A stretch of DNA of 64,000 nucleotides from Macrostomum lignano (lineage: Eukaryota). The notes below the pieces were generated by a model. The model saw nothing but the letters and a program-made list of their open reading frames with translations. It did not search any database and was not told where the DNA came from. Below are positions 1-36,591 of the stretch, piece by piece. The position numbers were made by a program, and so were the translations under genes. Every line of letters begins with the position of its first letter. Position 1 is the stretch's first letter. The stretch covers positions 49,890 to 113,889 of the forward strand of contig NIVC01002534.1 in NCBI GenBank assembly GCA_002269645.1, written 5' to 3'.

Positions 1-3000
1 CCGAATCGCCTCGCGCAGGCGCTTCCCAATAATGGCTGGCCAAGCGATTCATAGCTGGACCTCCAGGGTGCTGGTGGTGGTGTATTGCCGCAACCCGGTA
101 GTCGGGTACCGGCTTCGGCTTCGAGTCGACTTTCCATTCCAGCAGTCAGGTGGGCATTTTGGAATTGGATTGACTGGGTTGGACTTGACCTCAGATCAAA
201 CGCTCTCAAATGCAGGACGCAAGCATTTGTATGCGTTTGTATCCGATTTTTATGTAAACTTTTGTTGAGTTCAAATTTCAATAGAGAACTATCGCCGTGA
301 GAAAATGTCTTTCAAAGAACAGCAAGCTGATAAAATTCTCAGACATTAAACAAAACAAATTACCTTTCTTTAACTTCCAGGCTGCAACGATCAGCTCCCG
401 GTGCCCAGCAACCCATTCCAGCCACTGCAAATAAGCAGCTCCAGTGCTCAGTCCGTTAACGGCTCCCTGCAAAGAATGTGCGCTTGGAAGCTCATGGGGA
501 GCGGCGATCAGAAGACGACGGTGGTTCGAATCAACATGGCGTCGGTGGACAGAGGAAGATCGCGTCGCTGTCGAACTTACATAGCAGTGGTGGCGGTGCA
601 CACTAGCCAGTCGGGTAAGCTACTTTTGCTTTTAAAGGTCTTTATGGCGACTACTTAAGCTCCGTTTCTTTGTCAATCGTTTTCAGATTCCAGCAGGTAT
701 TCTACTACACTATTTTCAATGAGGTGCCCAAATGACGCGATTAACGAAGTACTGCTGACCAATGCCGGAGAAGTATACGTTTACTTCATGGGACTCAACA
801 GCGATGGCGGTGGAGCTCAGCAACCTGACTTTAGTGGAGTCGCATTCGTGCAAGGTATGAGCAGTGTTAGAAGAGTTTTGAGACTGAGGACATGCTGATA
901 CGTAATGACTTTGAAACACAAGATTCGGAGAAAAGACAAACTTTCGATAGCCTCGGTAGTTGTAATTTCATACAGAAGAGTCTGGTCTCAGCTGTACCCT
1001 GTATTTTTTCTTAGAAAACTTATGCTAAGAAAATTTGGCTTCTTTGTCCCAATCCAGACTGTGGTGGCTTCTTCCGGAGCGCGACATACGACGTTAACTT
1101 TATATCGTTTCCTGAGCAAAACACGGCTAACGGAACCCAATGCGCTTGGACGTTTGGCCATGCCCAAATCGAGCATCCAAGCATTGTCCACAATCTCACA
1201 ATTCTGCCTAGCAACGTGTCCAGTTTGAGTTCTTGTCGAGAGAGTGTCACTATTGATTTTATGCAGTCACAGCTACACGGAAGTCAAACACCGACTAGCT
1301 ACAGTCGCGTCTTTGACTCCTGTCGAGAAGCATCACTGCCGATAGGTAGAACGTTCTTGCAGCGTGCAGCGATGCTCAAGCTGTCCTACCGGTCCCATTT
1401 GAGCACAAGCGGCCATCTGTCAGCTAGATACCAGTCCTATATGAGCCATTCTGGCACTTGTTTTAAATCGCTCTCTGGTCGTCGGGGAAACTTCAGCTCG
1501 GACAATTTTCCCCGGGCATACGAGCGCCGCAACTGTACTTGGATAATTCACTCAGTGGCGGGTACGGCTGTGCGGCTGAGCTTTTTCAATGAAAACTTCG
1601 GAGTCGGAATGACAGGACAATGCGAGAGAACTGTAAGTGGCATCTAAACCTAAGAAGTTGGTCGGAGTATTTTTGCCGATAGTTCCAGCCGATAATTACA
1701 TCATTTTAGGATCGAATCGAAGTTTGGGACCCAAACGGACTAAATGGCGCAGTGAAGCTGCTGAGCTACTGCCATACATCGCAGGCTCCCAGCAAGAGCT
1801 TCCTTTCCACTAGCAATCAGCTCATGGTCAGGCTGGTGTCGACCTCCAGCCATCCTGGCACCGGGTTCAAAGCCAAGTTTAGAGTAATCTGTTCCAGAGT
1901 TCTTCGACGTCAGCAGGACACAATACTGCACGATGGAAGGTATCACATCGGCCGAACTTGCACATACTATATCAATGGAGACGCAAAAGACACGGCCATC
2001 GTGAAGCTTCTATCGCTGGACTTAATCGACGGCGAAATAAACATTTTAATGGTTTCCGACCAATGGTGGGCTTCAAGGTTATCGTACAAAACCAGCGATG
2101 GGGTTGTCAGTAGAGCCTCCTACCTGCGCATCAACTCGAGGAATCAGGCCAGGTTTAAGGGTGCCACCATCTTTGCTTCTCGTGGCATTAGAATTCAGTA
2201 CACTAGACCTAGGGCGAGACGCCGTCTGAGGTCTGGACAGTTCCGCTTCAGATATAACATTGAGCGTAAGTTTATTTAATATCTTAATTCTTGTGGTCCC
2301 AAATTTATAAATCCTTAATCTTTAACACTCACTGTGAACTACAGGCTGCAACGAGAATGTGACATTAACCGAAGGAGCCATGTATCACTACAAAGACCTA
2401 TTCAAGAGCACGCTTCAATACTTTTTCTGTCGGAGTCATTTTACAATTCCACAAAACGATCGACTATTTGTTAGGTATGAGATTTAGGCTATATTTGATT
2501 GGTTCAGATTATAGCAGCTGTGTATAAATAAACTCCATGCTTTTAGGTACTTTTATGGTAAATTTTCGTCACTCAAAACTTTATTTTCAATAGTTTTTAT
2601 TGTGAAACTAACTACCAAGAACCTCGCTGATATTGTTTTCAGTCTAAGAATTCTACTGCCACCACACTATCAGAAAGCTTGCACTCAGTACAGTGGCAAG
2701 CGAATAATTACATTGCCGGAGCCTCAGAATCGCAGTCTGAACTATTATGAGGTGCTGAACTCGAACTCCATTGAGCACAATATTTGCGTGGACAGTGGTC
2801 ATAATTTGCACTCTTGGTGGTACAATGATGAACAGGAATACTCTGTGTACCAGATGAGCACCGGAAACGACATGATATATTCCAGCATTACAGTTGATAT
2901 GTCGATATTTATTTTGCCCGGTTAGTAAACCTGTTTTTGTTGCATTGCAATACTGTAGCATCTGGTTAAGCTCTTTGGTATTTCTAAAGCTGAGTTCACT

Positions 3001-6000
3001 ATCGGTGACGTGTAATTGATGTTGAACAGTCAATGACAGATGCTTTACAACCCCTAGCCCCGTATACACGAACACGAACAGGACCGAACCGAGGCTGCGG
3101 TGCCGACCTCCAGGCCACAGAAGCGTGGCAAACTGTCAACTGGAATCCGCAGATCCTCAGCGCCATGAGAACGCATTTGCTCTGCATGTACCGAATCGCC
3201 GCCGGTCCGAACCAGCTGGTTGAGCTGCACACTAATGAGAGCCTCAATTGGTGGGTAAGTATATGCTGCAAATTTAGAAAACCACAGCGATTTCACGCTA
3301 TCAAACGTGATGTTAAACCAAGGTATTTTGGACGGTACCATGGATTGCCTTTGATATCTGCAGCAATGAAAGGCGACTTTAACGATTACTTGGGGTTGTA
3401 GCCTAGAGGTTAGAGCGTCGGACTCACGACTGAAAGGTCCGGGGTTCGATTCTCGACCCACTCGGAACAATTTTTATCCTTGAGCAAGACACTTAACTCT
3501 GCAATGCTTCAGTTCACCCAGCTGTAAAATGGGTGCCAGCATTAGCTGGGGTAATCAAAGGTGTGTGTGGCGACCCCCCAGTCCTTGGACTGAACAGCCG
3601 TACGCAGCCTTCAGATGCGCCGCGCAATAGCTGCGGCTGAGCTGTCGGTTGCACATCTACCTATTAGGGCAGGTGTAATCAATTAATTAATATTATTATC
3701 ATATTTGGTTATAAAAATCTGCAGGTATACGTTCGCGGAAGCGATTCGTCTCCATTCTCCAAGTCGGCTTCCCGCGAAACCAGCGGAACCTATGGTCGCA
3801 CAGTTGAGGTATTGCTCAGACACTTTGGTCAGGAAGTTTTGCCCCTGCAATTTCGAGCGGTTTCCGATACGTGTAAGTTTTAACAACGTGTCTTGTCTGC
3901 GTAAAGCAGAGAATTTTAGAACTCGAGGAAAAGAAGCAGTCCCCTCGTAGTGTGCTAGAAGAAAACTATAAAATATCATGCATTCTCAAGTATTCTAGTG
4001 TCTTAATAAAACTTTTATTGTTCACAATCACATTCGACATCACACGATGTGTAGCCTAAAGGGCCTTTCTAATTGCATATTTACCTGCAGACCAGGTGCT
4101 ATCGGTCAATGCCACGGGCACAGTGCAACGCTATTCAGTTGGCAGTGTTGCGCCCGACTTCCGTCTGCGTCTGCGCATCTCAGGTCCCGCCCAGCGGCGC
4201 TTACTGGTGACATTCGAGAACGTCAGTCTGACTGACTGCAGGTCGCAGTACTTCACCGTGCACGACATGCCGTCGAACGATTCGACTTCAAACTCCCAGC
4301 TAAACAACGAAGACTTCTTCTTTTGCACGGCGGCCGATTTCTCTCACAATCAGTATGAATCCGTTCGGAATTCGCTCGAAGTCTACTTTCACAACTCGAA
4401 TTCCAGCTTGACCGGTGGCCAGTTCACTGTTGCCTACGTGATCGAAAGTGAGTTATGCCAGTGTGTAGAGCTTTGCAGATATCCGTGAGCTGTTTTCAAC
4501 TCAAGCTGCGGGGGGGGGGGTTTCGGGCATTCGGATACAGCGGGGAGGTGTTGACGCCCATTCCTCCAACTCCTGGCGACCACGGGCAGCTGGTGCTGCG
4601 GTGTCGCGCAGGGAGATTCGGTGGAGCCGGTGTCCGCAGCGCGGTCCCCCTTCCGGAGAGTCCATGAGGGTGGATGGTCACTCGCCCGAAGACCTCAGGT
4701 AGCGGACGAGCTGGCAGAGATTCTCGGGCCTGAAAACGTCGGAAAGGTCCGGGTTTGGGCCGAGATAGGTGAGCATCTGTAATTCACAGATGAAGTGCTC
4801 CGCATTCTCAACACTGAGCATTCCTCACTGCGGATTTTACCTGGAGGTAGCGATGCCTGGTAAAACAGACATGACCTGAGAGTTCCATAATTACCACCCT
4901 GATGTTAAATTACATGTATTTTTGCCTGTAATAAAATTTCTAAAAAACTACCACAGGCTGTCAGCGATCAGTTTCCTCTCAATCGGGCCTGATCTTGTCC
5001 CCCAGCGGTGCCATGCTAATGCAGCACGAGAACAATCACGACTGCGAAGTGAACATACAGACGCCCGGTTATCGGTACCTGCACCTGCACTTCTTTATGT
5101 TTAGCGTTGAGTCGCACTCCCGTTGCGCCTACGATAGTGTTCAGGTAAGTTTTCATCACGGGTCTACTCGAGTATTGGGATCGAATCGGGAAATTTTCAC
5201 TGCACAGAGGTTTAATAATGTATTTGGGATTTAACTCCCAAGAATAAGTAATTCTCCACTTTCAACTTCGTACTTCAAAAGCTGACGTAGCAAGAATACC
5301 CTGTGGGCAGTTCTGAAAGCTTGTGAAAGCGACCCAGTCTTGCCAGTAGGCTACTCACTGTTCCAACACTTTCCTATTGGTTCTGTACTCGGTGATAACT
5401 GGCCACTACGTTTTTCTGGATCTGAAAGTCTTGACTAGTTCTGCCTTACATGACTCGTACAAGGTACTCGTTAAGTGCTTACAGGTAGTTCCACACCAAA
5501 GAGAAAAGTGTTTGCTAATAAGCGGAGTCACACCAGCAGACTTTCAATCATCCTCAATAGACTTAGACTTCTTGAGCACAACTTTCTTACATATACAATG
5601 GACAGTTGACAACTTCACAGCTGTACCTTAAATAAAAAACGTACGTTTCAAAATTTCAAAATTTAAAGTGCAACAACTTGAGTATTTTTCGTGAGTCTGA
5701 GTTGGCCTGTTCTATAATATACTCGTAAATGAATACAGATCCTTTTCTCCCATTTAAAAAACCCGTACCGGTAGTTCTTCAACTCGACGCCCGGTGGAAA
5801 TCGAGGCGCTTCGGTGACGCAAAAGCTCTGCGGCAACTCGCTGCCAAGACCGCTGGTTTTGCCCAGCCCTGCCGCCGGAATTATCCTACGCTTTCTCACC
5901 GATTTGTCTGTTGTTCGCCTGGGCTATCGGCTCACCTACTTTGCTTCCAACAGTTCAGGTACTGTGTTAAGCAACTATTGCTCTCTTTGCGAGTGGTCAC

Positions 6001-6262
6001 ATCCCAAGCAGTATCAAAGCGAACCCTCTGCCATATTTCAGCTTGTGGCGGCAACATCACGGGCCAACTGAGGGGCGGCATTCAGTCTCCAGCTTCGGTA
6101 TCAGCTGGCACCGACTGTGTCTGGGACGTGTCTCTACCGGCCTCGACCAGGTTCTGGACTTTCCCGGTGCTGCATGTTACCACGAGTAATGTAGCGTGTC
6201 AGGGTACTGCAACACCGGTGCTGCAGGTTGAGACCCAGGATAGAAACAGGACAATTTGCGCC
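1..6262 (+). CDS. Multi-CUB-domain extracellular protein (cubilin/tolloid-like CUB array), 5'-partial and 3' end unresolved, >=13 exons
   Basis: Phase-consistent GT-AG exons: <1-149, 381-614, 687-854, 1058-1632, 1710-2265, 2345-2474, 2643-2920, 3082-3254, 3725-3872, 4091-4447, 4957-5144, 5775-5958, 6042-6226 (or -6262). Translation gives repeated CUB-like motifs: CGGNITG..GGIQSP...DCVWDVSLP; [30 protein letters not shown]; [41 protein letters not shown]; [31 protein letters not shown]; [25 protein letters not shown]. Confidence 0.85.
3392..3690 (+). mobile_element. tRNA-derived SINE with CORE domain, intact copy (family A)
   Basis: tRNA-like head with box A (GTAGCCTAGAGGT) and box B (GGTTCGATTC). 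It is followed by CCTTGAGCAAGACACTTAACTCTG..CTTCAGTTCACCCAGCTGTAAAATGGG, which closely resembles the MIR/CORE-SINE core as I recall it. Two more copies lie at 46876 and 61376. Confidence 0.85.
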
Positions 6263-6300
6263 GTGCGTCATTTTTATACTCGCCTGCTTGGCTGTTTTAG

Positions 6301-6623
<323 letters not shown>

Positions 6624-9616
6624 ATTTATAAGCATGTTTTTACTCGGAAATTTCATTTACACTTCAGACGAACACGGAACTAGCAAGTTATGAACTTTCA
6701 AGCGTGGAAAGATTTCGAGTCATCTTTCGTTCAGCCGGAAACAACGAGTACTTCCTACTTACGTGGCGATTTAATTGATGTCACGTGTTTCTCTTGCATG
6801 CTGAAGACTTATTGAAGATTGATCAATTTTTTTTTCATTAGCTGCACTATTCTACATTCGATGTAAACCCCGTTATGATTCGGCGAAATTTGTCTTCTAT
6901 CGTCTTGATTTTGTTATTTTATTCAAGATTCATAGTTTAAAAAACTTTCGATGCAATGGAAGTAAATTCACTCATAATTTTTTCTGTATATCATGGAGAA
7001 CTTCTGTAACAAATGCATGCATTATTTGGTTATATTGGGGTAGCCCTCTCGGAATCGTTGTTTGGCGGATTCAAATTATATTTGATAAGATCATAAAGCA
7101 CAAATCAATTAAACAAAGATCAATCGTCCATAATCTGTTTTAAAATAGAATATATTGACTGAAAGGATGTATTATTCTTTTTTGAAAACTGAACATTTCA
7201 TTTCTACTCACGGGGTCTAGTGAGGCCCACTGGTCTAGTGAGACTGTGTGTAGAATTAAACTAAGGATCGCACAAGATTCAAACGTCAATTTCGAGAATA
7301 TCCAAACGGCATGCAGTTTAGAAAACGGAATGAATTGAGTGCTAGAAAATGGTGAAGCCGTTGTGAAAATCTCGACATCGCTCAAAAGCTAAGTATAAAA
7401 ACTTTCATGACGCCAAAATTCTACGAAGTACCAGAGCTGGAAATAACGGCATATCGTCTTCAAGGTTCACTTTGTCAAAGTTGGGTCTTCGAAATGGCTT
7501 TTGGCGTTATGAAAGGCCAATTCGCGGGAAAGCCTGAAACTTTTATGCGATATGAAATTTAGTAGTAAGAAAGTTTAATTTTGTAAAGTTTGGTATCGAG
7601 GTTCCCGCGATACGCCTACTGAAGTTATTAGTTGGATTCAGATCAGCTTTACATTATTGTGCTGTGAGGCTGCGTGTCTTAAATAATGGAATGGAATAAA
7701 GCAATTGCAGAGCTCTTTAACTCTCCCAGTGCGCACTCGATCGTATAATTAAAAGCTAGCATGATTCAGCAAAATGTGCCCCACCCCATTTAATTGAGCG
7801 AGCAGGTCCTTAGACGAAAGCAAGCGTCACACTCGCTCCTCCAGCTTTATTTGGTGTCCTTCACGAGCAAGTCGGGGATGAACTTGGCGAAGTACATTAC
7901 ATGTATAGTGGCAGCTGTTGATGGTTGACAGAATTATGACGAACGCCGGCCGTGCAACGAGCGAGTGGTACGACGTATCATCGTTGGCAAAGGTGATATG
8001 CGGAGCACGGGGAATCCGATCGACTCCACCGTCCAATCAAGCTCGACCGTTAAAGCCTAGGAACACGATCTCTAGGACGCCGATCTGACATTTCTCTTTC
8101 GTTCGTTTTTGCTTAAACACTCAACTATAGAAGCCGCGCTTGCCGTGCCCTTCCGACTTAATCGTGATGTGAATGACGATGTCTCGAGTGCATGAGTGTC
8201 AACACGCTTTGGTATCGACCAAAATGGTTGGCAGGATTTTCTGACATACGGCGCCGGAACTGGAAATACCAAGCAGGACCAACGTGAAACCAGTCCACAG
8301 GCCAGGCATGATGATGAACGCGGCAGTCATGCTGCAGCTGCCTGCTGCCCGAGTGCAATGGAATTGCAGGTAAGTGTGCCTTTATGGATGAAAAGAACCT
8401 GCAGGAATAGCAGGTCCAATCCTTGCGGCAGCAAACTCAGTGGAAAGCTCCTCCCTCGTCGGCACTAGGATAGGGCACAATTCCCCCCTTCGATTGTGTC
8501 GATCCGGATCGAGAATCCAAGCGTGTCAATACCGTCCAGACTTGCACTTCGACTAAATTCTACGCATGTACGTTCTACGAAATATTTCGTCAAATATAAA
8601 GGCTTGCAATAAGATTTCAATATGGCCCATTGTCCATTGAATAAATTTTATCATTTTAATATAATAGCTAAGCATTTACGATGTGTTTTACGCAATGCGT
8701 GTGAATATATTTGGCGCAACTTTAAAACACGCACACACCTCGACTAATTTAGTAAAGTGTAAGTGTGAATATAGATTTACAGAAGTTTTATAGGCCTGGC
8801 TATGGCTTATATTATATACTAGTGCGCCAGTGCCTTATTAATGTGTATTAGTAAATAAACTACCAGGGGTTAGAAAAAGAAAATTACTTGATAGCAGGAT
8901 GTCCTGAAAAACAGTATATAGTTGGAATTGAAAAATCACTAATCAATTGAATGTTTTAATTGACAAAGACCTTACTATGAATACAATCATGAAGCAAATT
9001 TTATTTCAAAATTGTACTGTTAGCTGAACTATTAGCATAACTGCTACACAAGCATGAAAGCATTACTTATAACATTAGCTTATTTTTATTTTTTAGTTTT
9101 TATAGGGGGGGCTATCTAACAAAGTAATCATACGTACAATACTAGCTATTTTAATTTTATTAAATATTGTAGTTTACTTAATATTCATTTAAATAATATA
9201 AATAAATCTTTAATTTTTATAGAGCTAAGCCTAACCTAATTCTTTCTTTGCTTTCTTAATTTTTGTATTGATGATATTGTATTATAATAATAAATATATT
9301 AGATTATTATAGGCCTAGTAGAATTGCCAACCCTCATCTCCTTGCTATGTCTTTGGACCACCTTGCAGGGCTGCAGATAAGTTGGATTTGCTAAAAAACC
9401 TTTGATTTCAATTTATAACTATAGTTTTTCTTTGGCCATTTTTAAGGTTTTAAAGTTTTAATATTATGGTATTTAACTTAAATAAAGCTAATAATAGTCA
9501 ATAAAAATTATTAGCATGTTATTTTTCAATAAAATGATGTAATGAATTTGTTAAAGACCAAAACTCTATTTTTAAGTATTTTATATTTTAATATTTAGCT
9601 AAAACATGAATCAATG

Positions 9617-10302
9617 ATTATAATCCCTATTGGAATAAGTTGACAAAACACAGACAACCATCCGTCACATTTTTGGATTCTCCTGGTGTCGTGTCGCGTG
9701 ACAGTGGTGTCAAGTGGTGTGTTGCGGCTGGAAACCTGGTGTCGTCATGCGTCGCGTCGCGGCCTGGACCTGTAGCCAAAACCTTGCAAACTGTGTTTCA
9801 TTGTAATATGTTCACGGTTGTTTCTCGGTATTTAAATGTTTCAAACATGTTTGATAATAACAAGTTCTTGAATTGTTCTTTTTTATTTTGACAGTAAAGT
9901 AACTAATACTTCAAATATAATTTTTAGAAATGTTACTTGTTAGTTACAATGCGTGCGCTGTTTTTCTAAGTGTTGTACCTTTGTTATTTTACTGTTTATT
10001 GTTTTTAAATTTCTTTTCTTTTTCCACAAAATTGAAAGGAATACTCTCGTCCCTCGCCCCATGTTTTCGGTGTCGGGAGTGAACAGCAGAATGGGAATTG
10101 TCAATTGCAACGTGGCTGCTGTGGCGTCCTCCCCCCCCCCCCCCCCCCGGTCATTCGGTCAACAGACATCGGTGTTGCGTTGCGCGTCGCCGCCCCCCAG
10201 TCAATAAAATTTGGTGTCGCGTCGCGCTTTTGAGGGCACAATTTTGGCACCCGTGTCGCACGTCTGCGGGTTTTTGAAACTTATTCCAATAGGGATTATA
10301 AT
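9617..10302. mobile_element. MITE (non-autonomous DNA transposon) with 25-bp perfect terminal inverted repeats
   Basis: ATTATAATCCCTATTGGAATAAGTT at 9617-9641 and its exact reverse complement at 10278-10302. The internal part is non-coding with repeated GTGTCG/GCGTCGCG motifs. The TSD is TA, TATA or TTATAA; the boundary is ambiguous because the site is palindromic. Confidence 0.8.
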
Positions 10303-10444
10303 GAACATATTGAAACTATAAGAAACAAAGTTTTCCTTTTAATATGAAGCAAAATTTATTTTTGAAGAATAAATATAACATTTTTATTGATTTCAAAATC
10401 AAAACTATTCCATTGTTCAGTGTCCAAATAATGTTTTTATTTTC

Positions 10445-33237
<22,793 letters not shown>

Positions 33238-33295
33238 TCTGAGATGGGCTGGTACGGCTTTGTGCTTCTCAGACTTGTATTAACTTGTCCGGAAT

Positions 33296-34152
33296 TGTTA
33301 GCTACGCCTGGGTCCCCGGTTAGCTACGCCTTGGTCCCCGGTTAGTTACGTCTGGGTCCCGGTTAGCTACGCCTGGGTCCCCGGTTAGCTACGCCTGGGT
33401 ACCCGGTTAGCTACGCCTGGGTACCCGGTTAGCTACGCCTGGGCTCCTGGTTAGCTACGCCTGGGCTCCTGGTTAGCTACGCCTGGGTCCCCGGTTAGCT
33501 ACGCCTTGGTCCCCGGTTAGTTACGTCTGGGTCCCGGTTAGCTACGCCTGGGTCCCCGGTTAGCTACGCCTGGGTCCCCGGTTAGCTACGCCTGGGTACC
33601 CGGTTAGCTACGCCTGGGCTCCTGGTTAGCTACGCCTGGGCTCCTGGTTAGCTACGCCTGGGTCCCCGGTTAGCTACGCCTTGGTCCCCGGTTAGCTACG
33701 CCTGGGTCCCCGGTTAGTTACGTCTGGGTCCCGGTTAGCTACGCCTGGGTCCCCCGTTAGCTACGCCTTGGTCCCCGGTTAGCTACGCCTGGGTCCCCGG
33801 TTAGTTACGTCTGGGTCCTGGTTAGCTACGCCTGGGTCCCCGGTTAGCTACGCCTGGGTACCCGGTTAGCTACGCCTGGGTCCCCGGTTAGCTACGCCTG
33901 GGTACCCGGTTAGCTACGCCTGGGCTCCTGGTTAGCTACGCCTGGGCTCCTGGTTAGCTACGCCTGGGTCCCCGGTTAGCTACGCCTTGGTCCCCGGTTA
34001 GCTACGCCTGGGTCCCCGGTTAGTTACGTCTGGGTCCTGGTTAGCTACGCCTGGGTCCCCCGTTAGCTACGCCTTGGTCCCCGGTTAGCTACGCCTGGGT
34101 CCCCGGTTAGTTACGCCTGGGTCTCCGGTTAGCTACGCCTGGGTCCCCGGTA
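33296..34152. repeat. 22-bp minisatellite (GTTAGCTACGCCTGGGTCCCCG), about 39 copies, just 3' of the Kelch stop
   Basis: Directly visible. Confidence 0.96.
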
Positions 34153-36535
34153 AGCTAGTTCGTCAGTTAGCTTCCTGATTAACTAACAATTTCGCTAGTT
34201 AGAAAGCTAGGATCTATTGTTGGGAGATTTAGACTTTTACCTGCATTCGTCTGGATTGGTAGACAACTGGCTTTTAAAGTATCGAGCTAATTTTAATTAA
34301 CGTTTCAATGTAATTGATCATAAATATAATTTAAGTGTGTTAATTGTAATTGTTATTTTCTACGAAAGTAGGTCCTATTTTTGTTTCACTTTTATGCCTT
34401 TTATATAATCTTCTCCATACTTTTAGATTCTCATTTTTCATCTGTTGAACTTTACATACGAATCTAAAAAATTGTAAAAAAAATCGCGTCAGCAAATTAA
34501 ATTGGTGTTAAAGCTCGTAGCTTTCGCTCGCCTTCAATTCGTACTACAATAGCTTTATGTTGTCGTGTAATTTTCGAACCATCCAAAATTTTGGTTTTAC
34601 GCATCGATTTTTTGTGCCGCGTGTAATTTATTCTAATTAATAAGAATTTTGACTTACTGAAGCTGATATCTTCGACCGGGTGACCTGTCGAGTTTATGTT
34701 CTTAACTCATTATGATTTATTATACTCGTAATGTACTACACAGTAATTATGGCACTCTATAGCATCCCTCTTTTACCTAGGGCTGTCTCTTGAAGTTCGC
34801 TTCCAGCTGACAGTACTATAGAATGCACTATATGGAATATAGAATGATGAAGACAAATCTCGGCTTGCCGAACTAGAATGCGAGTTTTGTTGAGATTGAG
34901 TGGAAAAAGGTGTATAGCAGTTTCATTTTCTTTAAGAATTCCGGCATTCATGTTAAGACACTGCCAAATCATATTCGACCGAAATGCGTCTACTTTCGTC
35001 TATGGTCAAAACGCCGTCTATGGTCTGTGGTACAGACACAGGCAGAGAAGTCATGTCTAAGACAAGTCATGCCCACCGTGCAAATGGAGCTGGAGTGTCC
35101 ACCATACGAAATCAATTTACATTAGTTTTTTAGTTTTTACCATAGAACTCAGAAGTGGCTGCTTGTCCCGTATTCGGGACATCAGTCGACTTATCGTTTT
35201 AACGATTGAATGCTCGGCTTCTTAAACAAAATTGAAAATGCTTTTTGCTAACCTATGAACCCGTGTAGGACTTCACCCGCATTCTCTCGTATAAATTTAT
35301 GAGAGCAGCAGTCAGTGGTCAGTCGTGTTTGCACTATTTTTTAAACGAAATTAAGTTCACAGCAACTGCTCCATTGAAACCGTAGGTGCCTCTTTGCGCA
35401 ACTAAAAGATGCGTCATTGTAGTGCAGACTTTGCCCAACAATCTCCTACTTATTTTTCGTGTTTTAAATTGGCTTAAAAATTTTCCAATTGGAAACGGTA
35501 ATTAAGAATTTTCTTTGGATATTTATATTTTGTGTAAAAGGAATTTATTTTTAATACGATGGTATGTGCATTTCTTTTTTTGACTAGCAACAGTGAAAAA
35601 CTTGATCGACTCAATCGGCCTTGAAAAATAATTATGCGTTGTCTTGCGATGTTAAGACTACAATTATAAATTTTGGAAGCGTCACCCAGCGCCTAGACTG
35701 GTATCTTTCTATCAGTTCTCTTGTGGTTTTTTTTTACTTTTCTTGACGTGCGTGCGTAAATGTTGTTTAAATTTGATACTTTACTACTGTGCGACTTTAT
35801 GCGACTCCCGCGATATCGAATTGAATAAACAACGTTAACTGGCGCTGTTGGTGTATCACTTGAGCTTAGCCAGCCTGACATCCTCGTGAAATTATGAATT
35901 TTCTTTTCTGCGTCAGTTTTTTATCGATTCAAGAGATAGGGATTTTGTGTATTCAAATTAAATAATAAATCTGGAAAGAGTACATACGTGTAGTTTCAAT
36001 TTTCAAGTCGACAGGACAGTTTCTGTTGGCTAAATCCGGTCATGGCTACTGCATGTGTGAGCATGCAGGATCAAACAGAACAGTTAAAGTTCAACTGAAC
36101 TCAAGGTTATCGCATCAATGGAGCTGCAAAAGAAAATAATAAGGTTTCATGATTTCAGAGGTCAAATACGAGCGTATGTCTTTTTCGCTCTATTTGATGA
36201 AATCTGCGTTCAATTTAGTGCGAATTCGCCCGCAGGAATGAATCTTTTGGGGGATTCAGTAATCGGATATGTTTAGGGATTCAGAAATGGGATCTGACGA
36301 CTGACGTGTCGGCCACTTAGGGTTTGGTCATACCTGATACCAGGAGATGAGCCATACTGAATCTCCGAGCGAAGCGAGTCTATGGCTTATCTGGCAGTAT
36401 TTGGCAGTTCTTTGTATGTAATCCACGGCCTGCGCGACTCAAATATAATTATCAAAGCCAACGAGTGGTGAAATTTGATCATTGTCTAGCAAATGCAATT
36501 TGACGATCATTATTCACATTTTTTATGCAGAACAA

Positions 36536-36558
36536 TCTCTACCTATAAAAATCAAAAC

Positions 36559-36591
<33 letters not shown>

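Noticed and set aside
3392-3465. tRNA genes at 3392, 14540-14611, 46876 and 61376
   Set aside because: No clean cloverleaf or acceptor stem, and each continues into a shared SINE body; treated as SINE heads.
4680-4750. Minimal hammerhead ribozyme (CCGAAGA...GAAAACGTC)
   Set aside because: The core has U4 to C and an extra A, and helix I does not pair.
5300-5630. Possible degraded integrase-like fragment on the minus strand
   Set aside because: Multiple stops and only vague motif resemblance; not supportable.
7402-7515. 17-bp imperfect inverted repeat about 115 bp apart (and an 11-bp one at ~31974/32055)
   Set aside because: Single short instances with no TSD or second copy in the window; too weak to call a MITE or miRNA.
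34757-35125. Short ORFs between Kelch and the putative Helitron
   Set aside because: No recognisable domain or consistent splice structure.
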